Below, piece after piece: positions 36,077 to 49,408 of a stretch of 64,000 nucleotides of DNA; within the stretch, counting starts at the first letter, position 1; every line of letters begins with the position of its first letter. The DNA is from Phoronis australis (Eukaryota; Animalia; Phoronida), in NCBI GenBank assembly GCA_002633005.1, contig NMRA01000020.1, forward strand, positions 1,012,803 to 1,076,802, given 5' to 3'. A program made the translations under genes and the position numbers. The notes under the pieces were generated by a model, which saw only the letters and a program-made list of their open reading frames with translations, made no database searches and had not been told where the DNA came from.

Positions 36077-38836
36077 ATAAACAATTAAAGATACACAATG
36101 GTATTATCTATGGCCAACCTGTTTTAGCGAAATAGGTGATGCAACCAAACAAGCCACCGAGTACATTCAGATCGGTGAAATGTAATTAGATGGGTCGTAA
36201 CAACAGCATTGTATATTGTACAATAATTTTGTGAACAAGTTAAAGTAATGCAAAGCATTAGTTATATTTTTGCATTTAATGCATTTAAGTTTAATTAGCG
36301 GTAGTGTCATAATGGCGTCAACAAATTCTGAAAGACGTGAATTTCAAGAGATTTTTTCAAATGCATACATTTGTAAGCTTTTTGTCACAAGATGAATGAC
36401 ATCGCAGATACTTCAGACAATTATTGTGTCATTTGACATCGGTGGCACTTATGTTAGCTTGGATGGGCTTCACCGTATATCGAAATTTGCATATTACAGT
36501 GTATACTTTCTTTTTGTTGCTTGCGCTACGCATTACTGCTTGGATAAGGGTGCGTTTTTCACGTGTACGCTGTTTCGTTTCGTGTTCTATACTATTTTAT
36601 ATACGATTTGTTAATTGTACATGTACGTAGATTTACAATGACCATTGAATTTCACCGCCGGGTCTAAATGAAAAAGGCTGAGTTGAACTTATTTCATTTT
36701 GAAATATAGCATTGTTTCAAGTCAATTAGGAATCGCTGTGTGAAGAATAAACACAATTGCCTGATTGACCCGGTCCAAAATTCGTAGCCACAACTGAATG
36801 CTGTCAACAAGCCCATTTTCCGGTGAAGGAAGGTTTGACCTTTTTAAGAATGTCGAAAAAAGCCCAGATTTGGCGTGGGATACAAGATGCACGGAAGTTA
36901 TCACGCAGGCGATCGACTGCTTTGTAAGTTTCAGATAGATGTTTGCTCGCATCTATGATAAAATGAACTCCTGTCTGCTTGAGATTCAGATTGTTTGTCT
37001 GCATTGTGTCCCAGTGATTACAAAGATATTAAATATTGAGCAAAGTGACACCTGACTTCTCCTTGTACCATTTCTGAGCACTGAAAAAAACATTATAGAG
37101 CAGAATACAATTTTCATGAATTTTGGAATATGGTCATCCATCAGTGGTTTTACCTCGCATTTCTTTTCGCTGCCAAGCTACTGTTGTTGCTTAACGATAT
37201 CTCAAACCTTAATCACAAAAATTGGCCGCTTTTACAATATGTCACACATATCTAGGAATATGCGTTTTCATTCTCGGGGAACTTCAAATGTGAAACATAT
37301 ACCGCATAGCGATAAAAAAGATTCAGTACAACCACCTTCAACAGCGTGGAAATAGTTCAATATTTAATCCGTCCGACCAAAGGTTACAGAGCTATCTCTA
37401 AAATCGAGTCTCTCGGCGTTAGGCATAGACCAGTTCCATAAGTACCACCAGTCCAAGGCATTCACCAAGTCGCCATATATTGTGTTCAGGAAGTTTCCAT
37501 AGGATGGAAAGCTGCCGCGAAAAGCGAAGATAAAACGCAGTTTTTATCCTGAAGAGAGTTGTGCGTCTGTATGCATAAGACAGTGGAGAACAAATGCACG
37601 GAGTCCCAGTCGCTGAACTGCATCTGTGACTTTGTGCTCACGTACTCAGCACGTTGCTAGAACAGATAAATTCATTAATTTGATTAGTAAATTGACATTT
37701 CGCTGTTTTGATCTCGTACTCACGGCGCACTTTAACTACCGACACAGGAAGATGCGAACTCGATCATACCTTAAGCGTTTTCAAAAAAAAACGGAGCCGT
37801 TATTTCCTCACAAATGAGTGTAGTAAATACGGCGTAGATCTGTAACAAATCCCCCAGGAGAAAGTTTTCAAAAGCTTGGGTAGTTTGTTTGTCGACTTCA
37901 GTAGATAAGTAAGTTTGCCCCCTGTACATGGGTATTCATCCGAGTGGAGAGTTAATTTTCATCCGGGTGGAAAAAACTTTCCACTTTTTTTTAATGTTTA
38001 TTACGAAATCTTCAGAATACAATGAATATACATAACTCAGAAAGCGCCAAGAGGCATTAGATCTGGGTAAAAAAATACAAAGAAGTCTATATACAATGAT
38101 TATATACAAATACATAAAAACTTTCCACTCGATTGGAAAGTCACTTCTACCCAAGTACATGTAGCCGGAAAGTGCCAAGATGTCATATACAAACGACTCT
38201 AGATAAGTGTAGACAGAAGCCTTAATGAAAACGTTGAGTTTTAAAGTTAAAGCCGAATCGTGTGACAGGACCTCAATAGGATTTTTTCTTTTGGATTGAT
38301 TTAGTCTTCTGTCTTAAGCTGTTTTCCCATTGAGCCCTTGTACGTCGGCCCCAGTAAGTTAAACGTTCTTCAACTGAGCGCAAGCGGCCTAATAATAACT
38401 GATGTGGCAAAGGTCTCTCACAAGCGGATTAACTTCACTGTGGTATTAAATTTACTCCCCTTCAGAAGGTGGTACTAGTGACAGGTAAAAATTTTTAGGT
38501 GGCACTTAATATTTTTTGAGCCATGGTTGAAGTTAGCTCCCCCTATTTCAATAAAAATTAGCGCCTGCTGAGTTGGCTTAGCATTTCAAGTTCTGTGCTG
38601 AATGTGAAGGCTACGAATAGCATCTCGCTGGTTCCCCGCGTGCCGTGGTCAGAAGCCAGCACGCTGGCTAGGCACGTAGGGCACCAGCGAGCGAATAGCA
38701 TTTGTTTGATTTTTGAATCTGTTCTCATGAGTGAAATATTGTCAGCTGCTGACCCCTTGAGCCACTTTTTGCTCAGCCGTGGCTTTTACTGCTTGCAAGT
38801 GGGAAGTTTACATTTAGGCAGGGAATTCAGGTACCC

Positions 38837-39830
38837 CATAGGCGGATTTAGGGGGGGCCCAGGGGGCCCGCCCCCCCCCCTGCCGCAAAAAAATAAAACA
38901 GCAACAGCGTAGGGAAATGTTGAGTTTATTAATTAACCCCGGTAAATAAAGTTTTATGGATGAAACAAGATTTAAATGTCTGCAGTTTTAGTGTTTGGGG
39001 GGGGGGCTCAGATCCAATTTCAATTGTTCGGAACAGGGCGCATTCGTAAGGGAACAAATCTTGGCTAAGTATAAGCTCTCCCGTGATATCCCAGGCGACC
39101 GGCAGTGGCGCTGCGCACTACGACTCCGTTTCCGTCGTCTGCTCCACTGTCCAATGAAGAAAATTTACTTCATTTTTAAAGAATATGGAACCTGAGTGAC
39201 GATCATGAAAAAACAGAAACTGCTTGTAAGATGTGAATTTTAATCGAAGCATTGGTGAATAACTCAGTAACTCATAATTCTCTCTTTGTCAAACCTTAAC
39301 TTAAGCCGATTTCCAAAGCAATCCCGTCATTATTGCCAACACGAAAAACGGATTTGGTCTTTTGGGCATTTGAAGACTATTTTAAATACAACAAATTTGT
39401 TAAGAACCGATTGTACAAAATATAAAACGTGTAATAAGCACTACAAAAAGAAATACGTTTCGCGCGCAAACGCTGTGGACCACAAACAAGTAGGTTTCTT
39501 AGCACTCGGTTAGTGGTTAAATCGTGGTGGTGTAGTGGTAAAGCACGCGCGCTCTATCCGCGAGGTCGTTAGTTCGAGTCTGTGGTACGTGCGGTTTTTC
39601 CTGTTTGGCACGTGTTTTTGCCTTTTTTCTTGGACAATACTTCAGGAATCAAGGTAAATGCTTGATTTTTGGAGGAAAAAACAGAAAATTTTTCTAGGAG
39701 GGGGGGACAAATCCCCCTCCCGACCTCCCCCCATTCGGTGCTACGTGCATCTACAATCGTGGTTTGCGCAAATGCTTACAGCCGGACAAAATGTTGGCCC
39801 CCCCTTTGTGATATCCTAGATCCGCCACTG
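38837..39830. mobile_element. ~1-kb CA..TG non-autonomous DNA transposon with 5-bp TSD (hAT5-like)
   Basis: TACCC|CATAGGCGGATTTAGG ... CCTAGATCCGCCACTG|TACCC. Confidence 0.8.
39521..39599 (+). ncRNA. tRNA-like Pol III sequence within the DNA transposon
   Basis: A-box TGGTGTAGTGG (39528-39538), B-box-like GTTCGAGTC (~39572-39580), then a T5 terminator. No intact cloverleaf. Confidence 0.5.
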
Positions 39831-40553
39831 TACCCTTCAGACTCCTTGGATTTGTGAAAAATCTGGCTGGTCGACACCCGCTTTTCACATGATTTCTGGA
39901 ATCTGGAGAGTTTTGGCAGTCCGAATGCACTGTCTCTCAGTTCTTGATAATCGCATACGAATGGTGACTTTGGGGTGAAAATTGATGATTTGGCGTGTTT
40001 TAGCCCCTTTGTTCAAGTAACCGCTTGCAATTCGCGAAGTTGTAAAAGGTGCAAAAATGACTTCGGAATCAGTTTCAATGGACTTTTTGCAAGTTTTTGA
40101 AGTCTTTGGCACATTCAACTTTTCAGGTTTTATACATCCTGTGTAACAAAATGTTGGAGATGACTCGGCCTGGTTCTTCAAGTCCCAAATCAGCAATAAC
40201 TGTTGAGTGCTACCTGAGACTAGCGGCGTAAACCAGTAAAAACACTTAATCCACCGAAATAAGTATAACCACCGGAGCAAACTGTTCTCCTCGGTTTGAC
40301 GAGAGTTTGTGCGAGCTGTTCAGTTTACCGCCAAAAGCTTGCGTTTCCGTCAGTCTTCAGTTGTCGGATCGCGTTAGAATTGTTTGTTTATTCTTTTGTT
40401 TAGTTACTTCTGTGAGTTAGATTTACACAGAATACATAAAAAGACATCAAGGCCAGTGTTTTCCCGATTTTTTATCTTCGCCGGTCCTTAGAACCGGCAA
40501 AATATTTGAGCAATTGAAGTACACCGACCCAAAGTGTAGTTGCTGACGTTTAA

Positions 40554-41829
40554 AGGCGAAGGCAACCTTTTTCATGTCCCTTTTAGCAAAAATAAGGTCT
40601 GTTGATTATCCCAGACATATTTTTCACTTAATTACGGCTTTTCGTAATTTAATTAATTTCTTGTCCTCCACTCCGGAAGTGCCGTTTTGGGAGGCAAGAA
40701 TTTCGCGCCAATTTCTTTTCATACAGTCAGACTGTGAGAGCTGTCAAGTCAGTCATTGTTCTACCTCGGATGTGATAAGTTCGGTCGTCGTTTGCTTTGG
40801 TTTACGAGTCAGTCAACATGCCACGCTGTTGCTGCGTACCAGGATGTAATCATTATCGTCTCATACGCGCTTTGGGTACCTTGCATCGCTTTCCGAAGGA
40901 TGACACACTTCGCCGTACTTGGCTTAGCTAATTCGTGTGAAGAACGCAGCGCTACCCGTTCACGCAACGTACAAAACAGTGGCAAGCATTTTCAGCCGTC
41001 AGATTACGACAGAGATATGTACGTACGCTGAATTGATGAAGGTCCCTGCGAAACAACGCCTGAAGAAGGGTTTCAGACCGTCGCTATTGATTCCCGGCAG
41101 TGCACCGTCCTCCACCCCCGAGAAGTTCTTTTTTCAGTGAAGCGAGAAGCCTCGCGAGCTGTAGCCACTATAAACAGTGACTGGAGGCACTTCATCTACT
41201 GTCACCCATGCCTCCGAACGTACCCCATAGCGTGCAAGTCCAGGAACTAGCAGTGAATCCCCGTGTGCTCTTGTCTTTAGCCCAGAGCCTGTAAGCAGCC
41301 TTGCAGCGATGTTGAGTAGTGGGAGTGAATACAGTCCCAGTTTGATACCCAGTGAAAAGGACAGTTCGTTATCACATATCGGTGAACCTACGTTTATTGT
41401 GGACTTCTATTGGAGCTATTTAGAAGGGGTCACGTGTGTGACGATGGAGTCGCACGCCGGGATGTAAGCAGTTTGGGTGCTCAAGCCACCATCAGGAGTG
41501 TGTTGCGGGACACTCGGGCAAGTGGGAAAATTCTTCCTCTGTACGTGAGACGATAATGAGTACATCTCGGTAGGCATGCAACAGCGTGGCATGTTGACTT
41601 ACTCGTAAACAAACTGAAAGCAAACGACGACCGAACTTATCACAACCGAGGTAGAACAATGACTGACTCGACTGCTCTCACAGTCAGACTGTATGAAAAG
41701 AAATTGGCGCGAAATTCTTGCCTCCCAAAACGTCACTTCCGGAGTAGACGACGAGTAATTAATTAAATAACGAAAAACTGTAAATAAGTGAAAAATATGT
41801 CTGGGATAATCAACGAACCCTATTTTTGC
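40554..41829 (+). mobile_element. Second copy of the long-TIR Kolobok element (right end clipped by ~35 bp)
   Basis: TTAA|AGGCGAAGGC start; colinear with 10623-11922; frameshifted THAP from ATG 40818. Confidence 0.85.
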
Positions 41830-43307
41830 GTGGCACTGCATGGTCAGACCAAATGACGTATTAATGCGCGAGAATGATGCAGTGCACATTTTTCAAGAAA
41901 AAGTCACTTGTCTAATGTTGAACACGTATCCAATAACCAGCTCTGCGTGAAAAGCCTCGAAACACTTCCACTCACTCTGGAATTCCATAATTGGTTGATT
42001 CGAGTTTGCTCCTTCGGCCCTGAATACATACGTACATGTACGAGCTCTGAAAATAGGTCGGCTAAAAAATTGTTCCGTGATTCTGACGTTTGCTTGCTCG
42101 GCCGTGACGTATATGGAAAAATAGGTCAACTACAAAATGTCGCAAATAGAGGACCTCCCGGCCGTGATTTGGGTTTCGGATGGGAACAAGGCAGGAATTT
42201 GGTGTTTAAAGCTGTGAGAAAAAATTCAGTTTTGAAGAATAAATTTGTTGCGTATTATTGCGAGGTTAGATTTTAGGCATGGTAAGTGTGAATTTCAACA
42301 ACGCAGTCATTCATAGTGCACTGCAGAAGACGCCAACAACACGGTGTCCCCCGACAACCAGACAAGCAGTAGCGATGACAGTTACTCCCGTGAGCTCACT
42401 CGAAATTGCGAGTTAAACGTTGGAAAAGACGAATAGAAAATGTAGAAATATACCTGAGTGCGTACCATGCAACTTATGTCATATGTCGTTGGGTCAATTT
42501 TCATCCGAAAAAGTCAACTTAGGTTTAAATGATGCACGATTTTCTTAGGGGACCGGCGTTTTAAAAACCCAGTGGAACCCCTGTGGACACTAAGGATAAT
42601 GCAACTTGTGCGAGCGTCTCGTTTGGTGGCACTGAAAGTTAGGATGCGGTTGCGGGCTTGCGCTCCCAATTAAAATATTAAAATCTAGGGGTAGGTTTTG
42701 AACGTGAAAAGTGCCAGTTTTGTGTTTATGTCCCATTATTCTCAGCCCAACCTGCTTTTCAGTGACTGAACACATGTCGTTCTTAGCATACGGTCTTCGA
42801 CAGAGTGGAGAAAAGGTTCAAATCCAGTGACGAGTGTTTTGGTAGCCTATATAAAATCCAATGAGAACTTTGTCTCATTTAGCACAGTTACTGCGGATTC
42901 TTATCTTAGGTATTTTAGGCTGGTTCTTTATTCCGGTTTAAAATGGGAAAACCGGCTTTTAAGCTGTAGCACAATAAACTCTGTTTTCTCATCACCAATA
43001 TTACTGCTGATAATGAGTTCAGTCTGTGTGGTCAGTGAATATTGATCGTCTCCAGGACTCATCCGATTGGGGATAATTACGTTCCGATCGACGACTCACT
43101 GAAGGCTCGTATAACAAGGAGTGATTAACTTTGATGACGGTTTCTACTCAATTTCTAACTGCTGTAGCATAGCTACCTTTAATAGACACGGCACGAGATT
43201 TTATCGGTGCCTATAGGCTGTAAAACCTTGTCAAAAGGTTTTGGGTTGATAGCGCTTTGTACATCAACCACTGTCGTATTTGATTAGAGATGGGGGGGCC
43301 TAAAACG

Positions 43308-43482
43308 CATGCGCGCATCCGGGGGCGAAGTGGGCAAAAAGGTCCGCCTCAGAGAAACAAAAAGTCCGAAAAATAGAAATGAGACAAAAGTCCACTAAAA
43401 AGCAGGAATTTGGCGAAAAGGTCCACATTTCTAAAGATTCGAGGCCCCACCCCTTATTTTTACTAGGCTGGGTGCGCGCATG
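43308..43482. mobile_element. CATGCGCGCACCCAG-type MITE
   Basis: Intact TIRs; flanks AAACG/AATCG. Confidence 0.75.
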
Positions 43483-44034
43483 AATCGTTATGAGAAATAC
43501 GGCGTCTTGGAAATTGGTCACACCCTGTGTTTAGTATAGTTAGCCGGCAGAAAATATATGATATCTTGTAACGACGACACCGTCATATCACTATTCACGT
43601 GTGGTTCATATGTCGCACGTTTAAGCATTACTCTTCCTGACAACATGCGTGCATGACACGACCAAAAATTAGTGCGAGTGTCTCGTTTGCTCTCTTGGTC
43701 TGTTTCGCCAGCCGCTTGGGTTCGACAACTAACTCATGCACTAACACTGGTGTTTGCCTCGAAAAGAAGGATTGCATAACGGTTGTGTTTATGTTATTCG
43801 TTATGGCCTTCGGTCCCCCTATTCATGCTTATAGTGACAATTGCCAATAACTGCAATTCAGCTCCTTAGTAGCACTAGCACCCAATTGTCCAATGAATTG
43901 TTGGCTATAGAAATGTTATTGCGGTTGCTACGTAGCCATGGAGATGGGGATTTTCAGTGAGCGTATTTGGCGCGATCGGAGATTTCAGAATCAAACTGCC
44001 ATTCTAATCTACCAGAAACACGGGAAGTAAAACT

Positions 44035-44083
44035 ATGAAGTCCTACCTGATTGTTTTAGCCGTTTTTGCCTTACTGGGATGTG
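44035..44083 (+). CDS. Ly6/uPAR three-finger GPI protein A, exon 1 (signal peptide)
   Basis: ATG...MKSYLIVLAVFALLGC + G|GTGAG, a phase-1 donor. Conserved in copy B. Confidence 0.85.
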
Positions 44084-44975
44084 GTGAGTAGATATATACT
44101 TCTGCGAATGTATTAGAAATAAGTGCATTATGTTTCACCGTAGGTGTACACGTGCAATACTGAATAAGATCCACGGAGCACTGCTGTAATTAGGTCACAT
44201 GAAATTTCGGTTTGCTTTTCAAACCGTGCACGGCGCTCGAAAGCCATACCCCATGCTTTCTACATAAACAACTTGAAACTTAAATTAATGTTTTTGTATA
44301 TCATGTGCTTCGATCGCAAAATAACGACAGCGTTTAATTCAAAATGTCAATTCATCGTTTGTTTTCAACACTGACTGAATTTGCATCAAACAAGTTGTAA
44401 AACAACAAATTTCAAGTAACCACTTACGTTACGTAAAATTCTTGCAGTATGTTTATTATCACATTTGGAACACTTGAGGAATATAGCAATCTTCGTTAGG
44501 CCCAGGTGCATGTAATCCCAAATAGAGGTGTTTTTCTATTATATTATCTTGACCACAGCTCCTCTTTCATTTATTGCCGTTTGCTTAAAATTTATCTAAA
44601 ACTGAGCTTAAATTGGAATGAAAATAAATAGGGACTCATTAAGTTAGGGGCGTTGCACGAAAAGATCCCCATTAATTTCCAGTAATATTGAGAATTCTAC
44701 GAAGACTTCAATCTCAGTGTTTATCAAATCAAAAAAGACTTCGTAATCCAAATAAAACAGCATAAAAAGGCAATCGGTGTATTCACAAGTATACAAATCC
44801 GAAAAAGTTAAGAAAAATTGCCGAGTCCATATTTAGTACTTGTTCTTGCAACCAGGCATGAGTATTTTTCATGACTTGCTTCGACAGTCAACATGCAATG
44901 CGCAGGCGTAACAGCCTTACCAGTGATGGGATTTTGATCAGAAATTAACCATTTTCAAGACAATGATACAACTTT

Positions 44976-45291
44976 CAGGGGCGGATCCAGGATTTTGAGT
45001 TGGGGGAGGCAGGGCACAGGAATAACCAGAATTCCGCCACATGAGTGCGCCCAGCCTAAAATGTAGGGATGCAGGGGTCTCGAAATTTTGGGTTTTTGGA
45101 CCTGATTACTAAAAAAAAAACGGTAAACGGGGTTTGTTCAAGGCCTATGCATTGCGCATTCGCCCCCCGAACACCCTGGGTGCGCGCATATGCTACTCAG
45201 CAATTCGCAACCCAAACTCACAAATGGTACATGGGAAATTTTAGGGGGCCATGGCCCCCTTGGCCCCACCCCCCCACCAAATCCGCCACTG
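44976..45291. mobile_element. CAG(G/T)GGCGGAT MITE with 5-bp TSD and a nested MITE (45040-45190)
   Basis: ACTTT|CAGGGGCGGATCC ... AATCCGCCACTG|ACTTT. The paralogous intron (~61853) has a single ACTTT empty site. Confidence 0.85.
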
Positions 45292-45740
45292 ACTTTTATC
45301 TTTGATAAAAAGACACGGATGACCGGTATGATAGCTAGGGTATTATATATTCGCATATTTTAGTATTTTTGTCTAAATAGACCTTAACTTAATTGACTGT
45401 AGCCAAAAATATAATATGTTTTTGAGATCACAAAGTTACTCTAATTGCAAGTTAAGTCGGTTTCGGAAATATATTCAAGTCCAAAAGATAAGAGTTAGGC
45501 AATAAACGTCCCAAATCGATCTAAAATTGTTTTCTTTGATTCGCTTTTAGATGGCCACGTATGTTTACTCTCCAATCCCGTGAGTTGCCATGGACTTACA
45601 ATGACTTATTCAACGGGTCTCAGTCAAAGCATTTGCCAGCTCAGAACACTTCTTATGGATTACGTAAATTGAATGTAGGGAATGGTGTACACAGGGTGTA
45701 TCAAAAATGCTAACACAACTATTGGAAACTTTGAGTACAA

Positions 45741-45989
45741 GGCACCGTTCCAAGAAAACTGACTTAGCGAAGACATATCTTAACTTTCAGTCAAGTTTAA
45801 GATAAAACTTTAATTTGTCTCACGACCTTTTCAAAAAGAGATCTTAAGTTTGACTTGAGTTTCTGACTTAATTTTTTTTTCTTAATTTTGACTATCTTAC
45901 TAGATGTGGAAATTTCAAAACTTGTAAGTTGAGACAAATCTTAAACTTAAGTCAAAAATGAACTGGAATTAATGTCTTGAAACCTACCC
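45741..45989. mobile_element. Harbinger-type MITE (family of 32382)
   Basis: GGCACCGTTCCAAGAAAACTGA ... TCTTGAAACCTACCC|CTG. The paralog shows GAGTACTGG at the equivalent position. Confidence 0.65.
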
Positions 45990-46029
45990 CTGGTTTACTG
46001 AGACAGTAATGTTGTTTTTCTTGGCCCAG

Positions 46030-46279
46030 CATGCGTGCAACCAGGGGGGGGAGGGGCTCGGAGGGCGAAGTGGGCAAAAAGTTCCGCCTTTGAGAAAGAA
46101 AAAGTCCGAGAAAATGAGAAAAAACTCCTCTAAACAAGCACAAACGCGCAATTCACAGTTGTGCCCCCGTTCCTCGTTTTATTATTTTTTTATTTTTAGT
46201 CCGCCAGCCTTTTTGTCACCAAAAGGTCTACAACGGAGAGAATTTGAGCTCCCCATATTGAAGGCTGAGTGATCGCATA
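46030..46279. mobile_element. CATGCGCGCACCCAG-type MITE
   Basis: Family similarity; degenerate ends. Confidence 0.65.
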
Positions 46280-47168
46280 GCCTATCGTCTTTCAAAAAGA
46301 ATCGGCGATTCCTGCCAGTGGAATATGAAAAACATGATCAGCTTCCCGCCAAAACCACACTCTAGTATTATACATTTTACAGTACTATTGCCGGATTTTT
46401 CAACACCCTGTGTTAATAGGGGAATGAATGCGCAGTGTGAATTTCATTCAGAGGACTCATCAATAATTAGAAACCGTTATGCGTGATAATGCACCAGCAA
46501 CGAATATTTTCTTCGGCAACATGTTAACGATCTCGGCTATTTGTTGCCTATTCAGTTTGACAACTTACTTTGATCAGAACACGCAGTCATCTTATGGCGT
46601 TAAAACAGGTTGAAATGTTTTGTACAGGTGTATCTAACCGTACGTTGAGCAATTCAGTGGGCCCTGTGTAAACTGTCACTAGTGTACGCTCATGTGGCTG
46701 AGGATGCCCTCGCAGATATTGTTTCCATTTCTTTATATAATAAACAGATTACACGTAAATGAATCGTAGCTATTCCCGAGAATCTGTCTGTCAGAAAACC
46801 TCCTCAGAATCGGACTGGTGACGAGCTGCACCCCTGTGAGGGTATCTGTTGTAATGAAGTGAAAACGTTGCCATTCTTAGGCATAAAGCGGGGAGCATTG
46901 GAAGAGGGGTGGGGGAGGCAATTTGGGTGNAGACTTTGGGCAAAGCAGAAAAATTGACAGCGGAGCACGAAATCGAAAAATACACGGGCAAATCACAATC
47001 AAGGTCCATATTGGGTGGCCACTTTTGGTGAAAAATGAAGGTTGCATATAACGGCAAAAGCTTGGTTATTTTAAAGTACCATCATTACAGGTTTGTAATC
47101 TAAAAAAAATTTTGCACAAGCACCACCGACTAAAATTTTATGGTTTAATGCATCACAGTTGCATAAAA

Positions 47169-48725
47169 GGGTACGTACACTACAACTTGTGGTCACAGCT
47201 CACTTCTACCATGCAAAATTTCACTAATTTAAGGTAGCTGTTAATTTAAGAAGTTCTTGATCAAATTGAAGAAGTATCTAAAGTAAGAAAAGTTATTACT
47301 GTGCTGATCAAGTTGCTCTAGATGATGATACATTGCTCATTTTAACACAGTATAATGAGGACTTCTTCTCTTGCAATATGATTCTTACAAAAAGAAAATG
47401 ACAAGTAACTACTTTTTTCAAAAAAATTATTGGTGCTATTTGCCTAGTTTTCAACACATTTACCACTTGGTCAAAATACATGTAGTTAAAGCAATATTAG
47501 ACCCAGTGTTCAACTTGTAAACAGTAAAAAATGGCACTGGTTGGGGGGGGGGGGGGGNGGGGGTACGTACACTACGCATAGTCGATCAACGTCAAATTTT
47601 GATTAAGTTACAAATGTATGGGATGGTCTCGAGTTTTGTGCTGCCTCTACTTGTTGGTTTGCTGCAAGTTGTCTTGAGAGATAGAGAACCTGCCTCTGCA
47701 ACGTCAGTTGTCACATGTGATGTGTCTTCTAGGATGTTAAGTACTAGCCAAGTCCTGTGTGGCATTCTACTGCCCAAAAGTCTGATAATGTCCATTGTTT
47801 TTTGTCAGACTGGATACATTTTGGAAATATCAATATTGTTCATGAGAACAGTAGTATGTAAAACTACTTGTAGGCAATACTTTTTAGCATAGAGGTTGAA
47901 GGTACGTACACTACACAGGGGTACGTACACTACATTTCAATGACTTGTCAGGTTTATAAAGAATACTTTTTGAGAGTACCAAATCTATTCAAAGAGAACA
48001 AATAAAAAGTACAGAATACATGTGTATATCTGTCTGTCATTCTTTGAAAACAGGCACATCTTAAGAAATAGGGGTACGTACACAAACTGCTTATATTTCA
48101 CTCAAAACAAATGTATTTGTAATTAACACCCTTTTAGCCTAGTATTTTTAATGGAGGAAACTGTCTGTGACAAGTGTTGCTTACTTTCCGTGTAATATTT
48201 TTGTTTCATGGTGTTTGTTCACATCGCGGTACTACATTTCAATGACATGTCGGGTTTGTTACTAAATACAAAGAATCTACTGAGAGTTAGATGATTTACT
48301 AAATCAATTCAAAGAGAAAAAATTAAAAGCACAGCATTCATGTGCATACATGTATCTGCCATACTTTGAAAATAGGCACAAATTAAAATATGGGGGTACG
48401 TACACTACAAATGATAATATTTCACTCAAAACAAACGTATTTGCAATAAAAATCATTTTAACCTAACAATTTTAAGGAAGGAAACTGTTTATGACCAAAG
48501 TTGCTCACTTACCAAGTGATATTTTAATTTCATGGCATTAATTTTGTAAACATGGGGGTACGTACACTACATCACCGTTTCTGCATCACATGGTAACGTA
48601 ATGTTGTAAGGCCATTTCTGTTTCTTTGATGATAATAAGCACCATGTTGTTGTTTAAAAGGCAATAATTTCATTTACAATGACCATTTGTGTTACTGAAT
48701 TCCACATGGGGGTACATACACTACA
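47169..48725 (+). repeat. Array of eight GGGGTACGTACACTACA motifs with ~310-bp internal duplication
   Basis: Copies near 47169, 47560, 47900, 47918, 48070, 48392, 48554 and 48708; 47930-48225 is similar to 48230-48545. Confidence 0.8.
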
Positions 48726-49262
48726 TTTTGTTAGCCTTTTGGACAAATTTTCAAAGTAGCAGAACCCAGTCAATATCCGAACTTTTGGTTTGTTTAGATA
48801 TTGAATTATTTGAAAATAGTTATTTTTAAAATGGACACTCGTAACGCTAACTATGCGTGAAATTCCTAGACAAAAACCTGCATAAATTTCTCAAACATTG
48901 TCTGAATTTGCACAACTAAATAATTCTATGCATATGAGAGTCAGTTAACATTTGGTAATTGACCAAAAAAAATTATATTAGACCGTAACACAGTCAACTC
49001 TCGAATATGGACCTTGTGATTTAGCCGACCGGAAGGATATACATGTATGTAAGGAAGTGGAGGGGCCGACCGGTGATGCTGAACTTGGTAGCCACCGCGG
49101 CGGAGCGGGTAAAATTGGGTGAGAATTGGTGGTGACCGGGAATGGCAATTAATTTTCATCTACATTGGGGCTAAGTTGTACCACCTCCCGAGTAGCCAAA
49201 CCCGGATACGCCTATACGCTTGGATTCTTTACCACTATCTCCACTTAGACCGAAGTAGAAAT

Positions 49263-49408
49263 CATGGGCGGCGCAGCACTGAAAAAGTGGGGGGCTATAG
49301 TCCCCGCCCAGTCCCCCTTTGGTGTACGGCCCATAGACCATGGGCGCCGGAGCAATGAAAAAAGTAGGAGCTATAGCCCCCCCAGCCCCCTATGGTGCGC
49401 CGCCCATG
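49263..49408. mobile_element. Dimeric short CATGGGCG MITE
   Basis: Two ~70-bp head-to-tail units with CATGGGCGGCGCA / TGCGCCGCCCATG ends. Flanks GAAAT/GAGAT. Confidence 0.65.

Noticed and set aside
29653-39599. Functional tRNA genes at 29653 and 39521
   Set aside because: A and B boxes are present, but acceptor and anticodon stems do not form a valid cloverleaf, and both lie inside TEs.
47169-48725. CRISPR-like array of GGGGTACGTACACTACA
   Set aside because: Spacing is irregular, the intervening sequences are homologous to each other, there are no cas genes, and the context is a eukaryotic intron.
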